Assembly (NCBI GenBank): GCA_977030845.1
Contig: OZ365111.1
Coordinates: 45,756,001 to 45,820,000 of the forward strand
Source: Fimbriosthenelais zetlandica
Taxonomy: Eukaryota
Direction of reading: 5' to 3'
Length of the DNA: 64,000 nt
Shown: positions 38,501 through 52,100 of the stretch, one piece after another
Layout: each line of letters starts with the position of its first letter
Position numbering within the stretch: position 1 is the stretch's first letter
Made by a program: the position numbers and the translations under genes
The notes under the pieces: generated by a model
Told to the model about the DNA's origin: nothing
What the model saw: only the letters and a program-made list of their open reading frames with translations
Database searches by the model: none

Positions 38501-41437
38501 AAAGCATCGCTTCATACACTTGGCTTCAGATCTGCAGCAGCCACCTTTGACATAAGCTTTCTGTAGCTCGATTTGTGGAACTGTGCAAGCCTACATGTAG
38601 TTCACTTGGGTATAATGGCTTGCTATGCATCTTTTGTGCAAGGTAATATTTCTGTATATATTTGAAATGTCAGTCGCTGTGATGTCCTGAGAATAAATAC
38701 ATGTCGGTGCTCCCCGTGAGACTGTTGACTGTTTAGAGGGTAAGCCTTGAGAGGCAGGACTCCAGGTTGGCCATTGTATAAACCGCTTCTTAAATTACTT
38801 CCCTCAGCCAAGTGGGTGGAGAAGTGTATACACCCTGTTGTCTCTGTAAGCTGCAACAACTGGCAAACAATCCTTCCCCAAATCCTTATCTCTTGGCTGA
38901 AACCTCCCCAGTCCACATGTTGGGGAGGAACTCAGACAGTTGCAGCCGGAGGGAAGACAAGATATATTGCCAGAGGAGTTGGCAGGGAAAGGTGTTGCAA
39001 ATGCCAGCGATTCCTTCTCAGCGTGCCTGTTCACAATAGGAAATGAACGCCTTTGAAAGGCTCCCTGTGGTTAAAGGTACGGAACCTGCTTCTCTTTGGT
39101 TTGAATCCAAGCCCAACATATCTACATTTGTGATTTACAGGATGCTGGATATGTTTGGATGTGTATAGCCAAGCATTTCAAACTTGAGGCTAAAGGAATG
39201 TATGGTTGTTATGGGCAATAATATATGAGGGGAGATAGAGAGAGGGCGAGAGAGAATAATTGAAAAACAAGCTACTAGTATCCACAAATGTTGCTGAATG
39301 GGATCAGATGCCTCAGAGGCTAAATAAATGGGTTATGCCTTTGTCAGTTTGGATGAGCCAAATCCATTGGATTACCTAACAGAACCATCTCCCATGCACT
39401 CTGGGATCACCGTGGCAGTGATAATCCCATGTAAATGCCCCGCTTACATCCCACATGATGATGCAATATTTCCCAATGCCTCCCCTCACTTGTCATTTTT
39501 CTCACATTTTAACATAGCACCCAAACTTCTCATCTTCTTATTATTTCCCCACACTAGGATCATTCCTCCGTTGCCATGACTACCGTTGCCAAGTAGGAAA
39601 TAGAGACGTGGAAAGAAGATTTAGGATGTGAAAATGAACCAATTTCATGAGGGAAAATGGAAAATATACACCGCTCATGATCGCCTCTTGAGAGTGGGTG
39701 CTTTAATTTCCATTAGTGTAACAGCTTATAAGCGATGGTCCATTTTCCCCAATCAAATGGAATTTTATCCCCTCATTGAATTGTAAACGCACGCGTAGAC
39801 AGCACAATAACTGAACAGTCTTTTACCGTAACGACCACAAACCATGTTCAAATGACATTAGATTGCATTGTAATGGGGCACTTGTGGGTTTCGTGACAAA
39901 AATTCTTCATCGAAGTGTAACCATGTCGCGAATGGTTATTTTGTCTCCGTTGAAATTTGCCATGGCATTGATCTGGTTCATCAGGCACTGCTGATGGCCG
40001 GGGTCCATCAGGCATGGCTCAATGCCGAGGTGTTTTCTGATCAGCAGAGGTATTTCCTCTGACGCCGAGGCATTATTTAGTCAGCCAGGCACCCCTGAAC
40101 ATGGAGGCGTTCTCGGCGTTCTCGGTTCCATCAGTCACCTCTGTATTGGGAGAAGGGACAGCTGTTTTCCCATGCTTGTTTTCACTGACTCTGGGTCTTC
40201 TATTTGGCCCAGACGAGGACTAAGTGGTCCTGACACATGGCAGTGGGTGTTGATCCAAGGCTAATAGGATCCACTGCTTCCCCAGCGTCTCACTAGGGGC
40301 CCAGAGCCAAAAGATCTAACCTGCAACTGGTCGATGTTTGGCAACAGATTACATGTTGCTGTTCAGACTAGAGCATGGTGAATGTCTGAGAGCTATTGAG
40401 TGAAATTAGAGCCCTGGAATGGGATTCAAACAGAGAAAGGGGAGGGACAGTCTCTCACTTCTACGTATAAAAATACTGTTATATGTAACGAAGATCTAGT
40501 TGTGATACCAGATTATATTTTTCTAGCAACATCTGAAGTGTTATGGTTGCCAGGCCATGGGTAGTCACCTCTCTGCCCATCCCCCTATTTGCTACTCTAT
40601 ATCCTCTATATCGTTTCCATATGCTTTGACAGGTAGTCCAAAGTCCTGGCTTTAACAGTGTGGACATATTAACTCCTTACCTTTCCCACCTTTGTGTATG
40701 GATTCGGGCTCAATTAAGACATTTTCCCAGGCCTGATCAGGTTGTCCAATGTAAACATGGGACCTGGAAACAACGGCTTAGAGTATTAACACACCTTTTG
40801 AGCCTTTAAGAACCTCAGGTTATAATGCTAATGCTCGGCTCTGGTGCTAATACATGGGGGATAAGCTTTTGTATCATATGGCTTATTCCGGGGCTTAGGT
40901 AGCAATTGGTAGCCACCTGCACCCCTCAATCCCACCATTGATATATGTTAATACCTCTATTGATGTTTAGCATTAGATGCCTTTGAGGGTTTTTCAGAAA
41001 TATATGTCATATATCTGGAATTGAGAATTTAATACCAGTAGGGGACTTGATAAGGAACATGTATGTTAAATTCCTAATGTCAACAGTCGGCTGCTCAGGG
41101 GTTGACCCACTGCGAAAAACATAATTGCGCAATAGAATTCAACTTCAAAGTGTTACATTCCTCTTGCTTGAACTAAATTGTCCCATTTGCTTAATGAGAA
41201 GTGTTAATTGGTAAATTCCTTCAGTGACTCTCTAGGTGATAATTATAAATCTAAAAGGGGAACAAAAGTGATGCATTATACTCTAGGCGCCGATTGTTAG
41301 CTGGGAATTTCAGCATGTTTTCATTGGCTAAAAACGTCAGTCTAAAGTACTGCATGGTGAAGGAGCGAGTGAGAGGTAAGGAAAGTAGGAGCTATTGCGT
41401 TCGATCTTAATTGCACTAAAAAGGTGTCTGTTGACAG

Positions 41438-41560
41438 TTGAGTGTTAAAAACACCAAGTTTAAATTACCCCAGAGGCCAGAGAAAATGTGGCTGGGAAAA
41501 AAAGACGATGAACACGACTCTAGAATGGGAGAAAAAAGGCTAAGAGGGAAGGAGTTTCAT
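41438..41560 (+). CDS. Candidate 123-nt frame-preserving cassette exon (LSVKNTKFKLPQRPEKMWLGKKDDEHDSRMGEKRLRGKEFH)
   Basis: Acceptor gtgtctgttgacag| (weak pyrimidine tract) and donor cat|gtatgt; 41 codons, phase 0-0, no stop, purine-rich. Confidence 0.2.
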
Positions 41561-43029
41561 GTATGTTTAGTATATCGCTCGGAGAGAACCACCTTTGGCA
41601 CCCCTGGTGCATTCCGGTCGGGTCTTGCGTCTGAAAAGACAGTAAAAAATGCCGGAGAAATATTGATGTGAAAAAGTCTAGCAACATGGTGGCATATGAG
41701 GTGACTTTTAGCTGGGGAACATGATTATACTGTTGACGGGGGGAGAGAAACAGTTATGTATTTGTTGAAAGGCGAGTCGGTAGGATATGGGTGGAAACAG
41801 CAGGGAAGAGGAGGGCAAGTCAGCTAAACATTGGCTTGTAAAGCAAGGAACAGACAAGCCATGTAATATACACACGGCTCTTGTGGCTGCAAAACACTCG
41901 TGGTTGGCGTTGATTGCCACTGTTAGGAACAGAACTGGGTCTTTGGCTATTTGCAAGGAGCTGCTCTGAATTGCTCGGAGTATGTTAAACCTTTTTTTAT
42001 TCTCATACCTTCGGCCAGTCATCTAACTTGGAAGAATTATTGGTAACTATTGAATTTCTAATGAATTGTGTTGCTCTTCAATAGCATTTCTATAGGTCGT
42101 TTGTCTAGGGGGACTTCGAAATATTGCATACAAAGTGACTCATCAGAAATTATTTGGTACAAGATCCGATATTTTAGTATTTCAATGAGTAAGTAGGTCC
42201 AAAGCATTACAACATAGGAGCAGCTCCCAAAGGTGCTGACTATGATCTAATAGAGAGCGATATTGGCAAGAGTAGAACCACCACTGCCCTACACTCCTGA
42301 CACCAATGAAACCTAGACATGTACTTTAAATACTCCCTGGAGGGAAGGGGGTGTCGAGGAGGGAAACCAGATAGGAAGCGATCCCACAAGTTGTCCTCTC
42401 AGATTTGGGTCAAGTTGGTTATGCTGTAGCTATTAGTAATATTTACGAGCCTGAATAAATATTTTGTGACAGCTAATCGGGGTGTTGGATGGCAGGTGCG
42501 TGTGGTCTGATACCTTGCGAGCGCCCTCTGATAAACCAAGGCACTTTTTTTACTTTCCCTCTTCCTTCTCCGACTGGAAGCAGATTTTGTCTGCACCGGA
42601 GCAAGATTTAGATAAGAAACTATCCCAGGAAGTTGGCATGCAATGCTATATATTTAACAAATTGAAGGGGATGAAGGATGGTATATGTCGTGAAAAGGGT
42701 TTTCCGAAATGAGGACAGGAGGTGTGTTAGTACATGTATCTATCTGGGATTATCAACGTATGTTGGGAAAGTGATTATCTCGAGCTCTCGACCCTATATA
42801 AACGCAGGCTATTTTGGATACACATCATGCATATCTCCCATATGTCATATTTAATCTCTATACCCTTCGCTCGGACTCTCTGATATATGTTCTCAAATCA
42901 TGTCTCTGCTTGAGGTGCCACCCAATTACCAAAACCAACTTAAGTCGGTTTAAAATGGATCCCCTCGCTATTTCTATTCGCTGTGGAATTATGTGGCCAC
43001 CGTGGGCTGAGAGAAGATGTTACATGGGC

Positions 43030-43131
43030 AGATTAGACATAGCCAACTAGATAAGTATAATCCCAAGAGGATTAACACTGGGGATGGCAATCAGGTTTAA
43101 TCCCTTAAGCCCGTTACCTCTCCTCGGATTA
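43030..43131. promoter_or_regulatory. Homotypic K50-homeodomain (Otx/Pitx/Gsc-type) site cluster
   Basis: TAATCC 43058 and 43098, GGATTA 43069 and 43126, plus variants AGATTA 43030 and TAAGCC 43106. Confidence 0.5.
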
Positions 43132-46100
43132 GGACTGCCAGATAGGCGGTTAGTAACCACCAAGTAGTGTGATAATTAATAGCCTTTATTGCAAGGAAGC
43201 TTAGGCTCTTATATCGTTCTCTGCCAATCGCTACTCAATTTGATGAATTTAACATCAATGCCAACTTGCTTGGGCTGCACTCATTGAAAGCTTTTCGTCG
43301 ATTGAGAATCGGCTCAATGAATCATAAGAAGCCATGTCAAGTGGCTTCTACATTTCTTCATCTTTTATTATAGAACGGGATATACATAGCATGATCCATT
43401 GAAAAATATGGGATGGTGTTTTCTCCAATTCACATGCCTGCCAATTGTTGGTCCTTTTGATTGATCTTTTGGCAGAGTTAATAATTGTGACGTCCCGAAG
43501 CCATATGACCTAGTAAAGAGTATATTCAAACATTCTCAGTAAAAGCTGGTGGCACCAAACCATGGAGTTGAACCCTCATTGAGGCTGGAGTAGGAGTCCC
43601 AGCCATGCTGGCAGAGGCATGTAATCTTAGAAGTGTTTGTTAAGCAGATAAGCAGGCTTGGTTTGCTATCACTTGCCACTGAAGGAGATAGCAGGTATCA
43701 GCATGGACCCCTGAAGTTTATCTTCCCCATCCTATGCTATCATAACATGCCAACAAGGATTCACATGGGTCTGTAACTGATAGCATGTATAGTAGGCTGT
43801 TAGACATCCCATGATCTGTTTATAGACTACTGCCTTCTGCCATGTTTATAATGCTTGTAAATTACAAATGTATCATTTTTCTGAATGACCTTTATCTAAT
43901 ATTGCTTAAAGCATTATGAATAGAGATCTATGTATTTCTGAGGCAGATAGACAAGAGTTGCAATCGAGTGAATAATTTATTCATAATACTATATTATAAT
44001 GTGTTGATTCTATAGCAGCTAAATATAACAAGATTTTAAGTACTTCACTTTTGCTCTTATTAAGTCCTTTTTGTGACAGCATATTATTTGAAAAGAGTTA
44101 TATTGCCGGTAGATAAGTGTACGGTGATCTTATTTCCCATACAGCCTTTGTTAAAACCATAATATATTACCTTTTCAAACCCTTGTCCTCTTTTCCTTTG
44201 TTGCAAAACTAGCAATTGAAAGATAACCATCTTTAGTTAACAATCGATCTTGTATACTTTTGCCCCCGTCATGTCACTCGACACTGAAACGGTGTAAAAG
44301 TGACAGTCATTGAAAAACGGTCAATAGCTTGTGAATATACGAATTATGATAAGTACTATAGACTCTGACCTCCTTCAAACCACTTCTAGATAAGCTATCA
44401 CCACTTGGTTTGTCATTTAAATGAATTCTTATGAAATCTGTTAGGAATTTGAAGCAAGAGGTCATACTTGAAGAGGACCTTATCCCTCTTGTATCTGGTA
44501 CTTCGCCTGTTTTTTCCCTTATTGAAAACAGGTCTACGTCATATATGGCCTTTATGACAATGTGAAGTGAGCTATCTAAGTGACAGTGCTATCGGGTTAT
44601 AACTTGTTCATTCTTGGCTAATATCTTTGTGATATCAGCCTATACCTACGCCATGAGAAGTGTTCATTTATTCGTCTATGTTCAATCATACTTGCTTAAG
44701 AGAGTCACTTTGCCGATTCACTACTTCTGTGGTTTCGGAGTGTCAGGCAGCATTTGCTGATTATGAAAACGTGTGGGAGTTCCACATTCCATCTCAGCCA
44801 CTTATGAATCAACACTTAGATATGCTAGAGTAACCAAAGTGCTGCTTCTGTTGCCTCTCTTTCCTCCAAATACCTGAGCCAAGCCTTAGATTCTGCCCTA
44901 TATATTAGCTTTGTATCCAAAGGTCTACATCATTACCCGCTCTTGCCTTCATCTCCCAGAATCTTGATAGTGCTTTGAAGGGAGCTTTGGGCATTTCCTT
45001 GTATAAAATAACATTGGCTTCACCAAGTATATTTGTTCTGTGAATTCTAAATTGGGAGTAATGGAATCTTCGGAGTAGTCATTGTATATCGTAGAAGTGT
45101 ATATTGATATACTATAGTTATCCCAAAGAAAGGCTATATGATTGGAAACATAAACTGAGCCCTACTCTGTATTTTGATATTGGTCATATCGGTATATTTC
45201 ACTTTACATTATGTAAGACACTTCATACATCAAGTACCTTTGACCACCCCACTGCAGAATACACACCCCACCCCTCAACTTCACCTCAAGGACCCACCCG
45301 AATGCACTTTGATATACTACTTAGGTTTATTGCATCACTTTCAAGGAGGCCCTACATTTGGATTGCCTTAATGTAGGGCCTACTTGAACACTCCCAGCCT
45401 TAACACAATCTGACCGATTTCTCTTGACGAATTTATCACCCAGAATTCCATTTGCCTGCTTGTGAGAGCCCTCTTGTGATAATATTCCCCCGTTTCCATG
45501 GAGAAATTATAGAGGGCCAACTCGATACCTTCCAGTTATTCCATGATAGCAAGTGTTGATACTAGTGATTCTGGTAAATATTGTTATCAGCCCCCGACAG
45601 ATGGCCTTGCTCTACAATGACCGGAAGTGAGGTGGCAGCCATCTTTGCTGGTCAGTTGGCGCGGGGTCATGGCGCATGGGTAGTGGGAGTTGGGAGAACT
45701 GGGAGTCTCACTTAGTTCTATCAACATTCTACAAGAGCCCTCCACATGTGCCCCCTCCATCTGAGATTTTTCACAGGCACTCTAGATAAACAGGTCTCGG
45801 TACTGACTCGAGAGTTCTCCAGAGGTGCTTGACCTTCGTACCTTCAGTTCTACATCAGTCCTAGGCCTGTCAAGTGCACTGGAGAGGCCAGCTTGTGTGC
45901 TGCTCTAGCATCAAGCACTGATAAACTCTCTCCCCAACAAGATCAACCATGGGCACGACACCACCGAACACCCGCCATCACCCTACCACCACCTCCTCCC
46001 AAATCGCTCCATAAAATGCACTCCTGACTCCATATCCACCCCTCCCAACTTCCAGGTTCCACCCCTTTGCCACCGTTGACACGCGGCTTCAATTGTGATA

Positions 46101-49100
46101 CACAAGCGAAATAATAGCCAGTCTTATCAGAGATTTAATATAAACAAAGCTGTCTTGAAGTGGCGGCCAACGGTCAAATGGGCAATATCAAAAGAAGCTG
46201 AGATACCCAAACCTTCAAGTGAAATAGACCAAGTGCGAACACGTTAATGCCAGTACCCAAGTCACTGAACTTTGCAGGGTGTTTATCGAAACAGATATAC
46301 ATTTCCCGAGTAAATGGGTGAAGGATCCAAACTTGTCCAAACCTGTTGAGATGTAGAACAGTTATTTTGTTAATAATGTGAACTTTAAGTCAATCTTTCT
46401 TCATGGTACATATTTACCGTTCAGTAAAGTCCCCTACCTGGGTGGCCATTGGGAATACTGTTCACATTCTCTCTACGTTTTCCTTCTCGATTTGCTGGAG
46501 CCTTAACCCACACGTGTTGCCAATTGCTGGTCCATTTTGCCAGCTGCCTTGGGTGAAGTTGAACCTGCCAGCTTCTATTAGCCCCATGTGTTGAGGGCTC
46601 AACTTAGCTGCCAACAAATCGGCTCCTGCAAGGCTAAGCACTGTTTTGCTTGTTTTGTCTCACACTCTCCCGTCCAGCCCTTGTGTTTTCTTCCCTCTGC
46701 CCCCCGAGGGATCAAAACCATCACTTCCACGAGCCCTTTCCTCAAGAATGCTCCCTGCAAGTGGAACGAGCAAAAAAAAGAGCGAGCAAATGCCTTCCAC
46801 ACCTTTCTTTAAAAGAAACCGAGAGGGGAAAATGGAGCCAACGTCCCCTGATAAATTCCCATATGTTGCTGTTGATATCTTAATTAAGTTTTTTTCCAAG
46901 GCTGAGCACTGGTGTTTGGGCTGCTCGTTGGAGCAGGAGCAGCCATAAAAGCAGTGTGTGAGGTGGTCGTATTTGGGGCTGGGTCTGTGGTGTGGGGGGT
47001 TATTTAGGTGTGAAGGGAGGTATTTAGGGATTAGTAGGTGCTGACATTGGTAGACAGTGGGAGTGGGGGAATCCTCTGGACAGTAAGACCAGCTGTTTGT
47101 ATTGGCACTGCCTCATTTGTTCTGATGACTCTGCCAAGGCCTGGGTGACAGCCACCCCACTGTTATATTATTTAGCCCCTGTTGAACACCTCTTGCTTGC
47201 CTTTGGGCTTTGGAAAACACGACACTGCTATCACTCATGATTGCCCTGAAAACCTTTTTCCTGCTTAAAGCAGTGGATAAAATGCATCTCCAATATCCAT
47301 TGATTGATGCAATGAATCATGCCCAGAGATTTGTGTTTCATGTTTTTGTTAGATATTTACATTGTTATGTCTAAAATAGCATGTCATAAACCTTATTTTT
47401 CTCATTAGCCTGTCCCAGACTGATAATATTGTTTGGACACCTCCCAATTGACGTACGTAGACTTCTTTCTTTTAAAGTAACTTCCCACGAATATGAAGCA
47501 ATCTTGTTGGCCTTTTTTGCTATACCCCCACCCCCATACCTACCGAGGTCTGTTCCCATTCACAGCCTTTGGCAGATATTGCATCGATGCGTGTTGAAAG
47601 AATTCATTTCTGTTTATGTTATTCCCACATATCTAAAACACATTGAGAGGCAGTGTTTCCTCGCTGCTGGATTCTCCATGGGGGATTTCGGTGTCATTTG
47701 GTGCAATCGCTTCCAGTAGATGACTCGCTTTTACCCCCCGATGGAATTAAATCCGTCTGAGTTACATCAAGCCCATGTGGCATCGGGCAATATGATTATG
47801 TGGCTTGTTGTTTTTGTACATTATCGTTTTATCACGATTTATGCAGGGCCCCTAGTGCTGGCACCCTCCTCCGTGTTACATGGAAGTCACTGGAAAAAAG
47901 GGGAATAAGACTTTTTAAAAAAAGACAAAGAATTACTCGTGCGATAATCCCAAGTGTTTTTTACCGATGATATGGCAGTACCCTGGACTGATATTTATAT
48001 TACATTGCGCATTATAAAACTCCCATATATGAGCTGCTGTTGCAAAAAGTGGAAGAAAAAGAAGGAGGAACAATTGGTTTTTACTATGGCTGAAAACAAC
48101 GCAGGTCTCTATCCATAGATTGAAATGGAAAAAATATCTCCATAGTTGACTTTTTCCCCATGCCTTATCGGGATGACAGTGGCGATATGGATGGTATTGA
48201 TTTTTATCTTATTGTACACTGAAGACAAAAAAATGGCGCACTGCACTTACCAAGTATTTTCAACAGCCTCCCTTCTGACAAGTTTCCCGTTAGAAAAGAC
48301 ATGGATGGGCTTTTATTTTTATCGACAGGAAAATATTTTTTTCTCAGATAGCATTGTGCTTATCGTGTGAAGGAGGTCGTGCACAACTGCCAAGTAATAT
48401 CATGCGGTGGTTTATACGTTGATAAGTGCTATCTGCAAGATTGTGTTAACAATTGAGGAGGCGATAAGTATTCTCCAATGTGGTGATTGATATCCCATGA
48501 CAGTCTGCAGGTAGACACATACAACAGCGTTTCCAGCCTGGCCAATAATGAGTGGGGGAAACACATTATCTTGTATCAGTGTATGCAGCGCTTATGTTAT
48601 CAATAATTCATTTGTCAATATTCTCCATGATATATGGACGTGTAGAGGTAGGAGAGAGATAAGGTTTGTGTTAGGGCAGATAACGTGGAAGGATGGCCAT
48701 TATTTTACTGCACATACTGTACTCGTCAAGTGGTGGGCGTGAGCTCTAATGCCTCTTTTGCGTAAGTCTCAATTTGTATTATATTAGTAAGTTATATTCC
48801 CCATAATTGCCTTCTATTTCTTAATACAATTATAAGTATACCATTTCATTGCTTACTCGTCTATTCTGTCTATATCTTACTCTAATCAAATATATGTACT
48901 TAGCACCCTGTACATGTATATTGTACATGATTGGTATAAATGCCTTCGATATGATTCATTATTCCCTGTTTTGGTAAAATTATTTTGGTATAATTCGACC
49001 AATTAGTCTCTTTAGATTAGACACAGTGTCTGTTATATTGCGCTAAATAAGCTTAATTGACAGTTTCAACATGTGTTGTTCCCAGCTGCACAGTATTTTG

Positions 49101-52100
49101 ACACCACAGTTAATGCTGTCCAATCCTCGCCCATCCACTGCCTGATGATGGTTAATAAGCCATCATTAAGTAAATGATGACATGCTTTAATATTTAGTTA
49201 TAGGGTTAATGGTGTATTTTTCCATTCATGATGGTTTGCTTCGGGTGACAACGGCTGTGGTTGTGAATCCCTTTAGTGTAAGGTGTAATTATCTTAATGA
49301 AGCCTGACTTATTCATCTGCCACATGCACACATGATCAGGTCTTAATAACATGTTATTGTGGAGAACTTTAAGGTATCTTTCTTTCTCCACAATTATAGT
49401 TTTAAAGGTCTATGGTTGGTGATATTGGTTATTTTGAATGGAGGATGATAGGGTGGTTGGTGCCAAGGATTTTCAGGCGAATCTGAATAATTTGAGCAAA
49501 CATTTCTCGCTCCCCGCTCCAATATTGAGGCCAATTTCATTCAATTTGGCTTGAGCGTCGAAGCACACATCATTACCGAAAACATTAGGATTTGAATTCA
49601 TTTAATTGGGCCTGCAAATCGGGTCTTTGGGGGGAAATGATTTAGTAAGCAAATAACCATTTGAGGCCGACATGATTTTGTAATTATTTTATTACGGCAA
49701 GGAGCGGTCGATTTGTCAGCTTGGACTGCTTAATCATTGCAAATCAGTTCTCATGCCGTAATCAGAATTCTGGAAAAAAGAACCGGAATCAAAGCCTTTC
49801 TGAAAGCTCTTCCGCCAATTCAACTGGTCTTCCTAATGCTTCTCGGCCAAGACCAGTTAAGTGCGAGTGCCATTAGGGAGAAATAAATAGAAACGTTGGC
49901 GAGTAAACTTCTCCTGTGGTTTCTATCAGACTCAAGATATTTCCCAAATAATTGATTGGAAATATCAAGTTCTTAAAGGAGCACAATACCAGCTTTCCCC
50001 GACTGTAATCAACTTCCCCAAACAACATCCCCGGCGTAATCATAAGCCGTTTTTAAATGGAATTATGCATTCGGTGGAGATCTGAAGTAATGTAGCTGGC
50101 ACTAATTTTGATGGATTGACGCCCGGAGTAATTATATTTTTTACTCCCAAATTTGCAAACGTAATTAACTTGTGATGAATTAAAACAGCGAGATTTTCAT
50201 ATAAAACCGATTGTTTGGCTTCTGACGGGTTTTAGGCGAGGTCTCTCCGCTTTTTACCTATCAAAACCGTAATGATTTAAAGGTGTTCTACTTTTGGATA
50301 AAATGTTTGGAAAGCCTGGCTGAGGCATGCATAAAAATGCATCTGACTGATCTTGTCGCTTCATCTGCTCGGGAATTAAAGCCTTAATCGGAGGAAAGCA
50401 CATTTGTTTTTGCTTAAAATCCTATTTGCTTATCTGAGGGGATTTCCTAAACAAGATATTTTGCAATGACTTTAAGGTGGGGCTTTTTTAGTTTAAAGTA
50501 TCTTTGACAAAAGATTGGAGCGTTGCCAAATTTAAATTGAAAAGAGTGCTTTTGTTGATAATTCTGTAAAAGACGGAAAAATGGGAGATTGGAGTGGCGA
50601 GGGGAATCAGAAGATGAAGAAGCCTTGGAGGAGGAAAAGTTTGCCAACTTTTACTCGGGTTTGTTTATGAACTGTCAGATCCACAGATTAATCCACTTAC
50701 TATTTAATAACGTCTCCCCAGTTTCTGCCTAAAGCACTTACATTTTTACTGTTCGACCATCCTGCTTTAGTAAGCTTACCTTGAGATACTTACAGTAAAA
50801 GCCAAATAATATTAATTTAAATTTAGGATGAATGACATCAGTTTTGTTTCCTCCGATTTACTTTAAACTTCTTCAACATTTGAATAGAGTGGGAGTAATC
50901 ATTCGTACACCATTCAAGGGGCAGAAGCTGTAAAAGTAGTAATGCTCTGAATGTTTGGTCCTTAGAAGTCAAAACAGTCTGTCCTAAGACCGAAATGGCA
51001 CATATATCTTAGGTTTGTATAAGCATGTCTGACTTGTCTGCAGTCAAGTGAGTTGCTCGGAACAAACTGCCATTTCCTTTGTGCTCTTTCTGCCATTCCA
51101 TCATCAGTCTTCATTGACAAGTGGTTCAGGGTACAATCCACCCTTGCATGTACATCTTTTCCCATGTGTTAACAGTAACCGAATGAATGCACCCAGAGGA
51201 TGATGCAATTAATGAGCAATGAAGAACTTCCCTTTTTTATCACGTTGCACACGTGAGATGTCTGAGTCATGGCAAGGTTTTTGGGTACGCAATCTCAAAG
51301 GCAACAAATGATTGCGAGAATCCCAATGGTGGAAAACAATGAAGCAGAAAATTCACACTTGCCGCTGGCATTGGTGGCTTTTCTTTTTGATTGGACGCCA
51401 AATCAGGGAGGGAGATGTTGGGAGTTGAAATATCCTCTGCTTCGTGCCAGCAACACGGGCCACTGGAACACAGTGCTGGCCTGAAGCCACAGGCAATACC
51501 CACAACTTGTTTGTTCAAATATCACAAGATGAAGACTTAGAGGTGGAAAAAAGTGGACTAGTTGGCAGCTGGGTTCTTAAAAGCTGGCCAGGAGCTTGTT
51601 TAAGCAGTGAGTGGGGTGATAGCTTTATACTATGTGTTGATATATTTGCTACGGACTGGCAGTTTGTCTTCGTTAACAATAATACCCATACATAACTCCC
51701 AGATGTGAATTATTGATTGACCGAGTTATGGTTTATAGACTCAGCTCTCTCTCCAACTTATTTCAAGCTCGTCTGATTACATGTTTTATTTATACAGCCT
51801 CCGGGGCCCGTTTCAGTGAAGAAATATGTGCCAATAAGTCATGTATACTTAACATTAGCCAATTTATGACCTGTGTTGTTTATGCAACTGTCCCCCTGAT
51901 CCATCCAACTTGACTAGCGATGTGTAAGTGATTTGCATCAACTTAACACAATTGTCATTCATTTTAAATACTGCTCCAGGTCATTAAGTGATACCGGGAC
52001 AATAAGAATAATAATACTTCATCACACCTCGGGCGATAGACCTAAGATAAATTAAAAACAATCAAACAGATTGCTTTGTAATTTGTCGTGCGTAATGGTA

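Noticed and set aside
50562-50658. Acidic frame RKNGRLEWRGESEDEEALEEEKFANFYS with a phase-1 donor-like G|GTTTGT
   Set aside because: No ATG or credible acceptor and a weak donor; it lies in the CNE-like block.
2384-51047. Other acceptor-donor pairs (2384-2438, 8549-8592, 13057-13076, 23262-23305, 32469-32586, 38251-38326, 51013-51047)
   Set aside because: Lengths are not multiples of 3 or they contain stops, and at least one site is weak in each; expected by chance in 60 kb.
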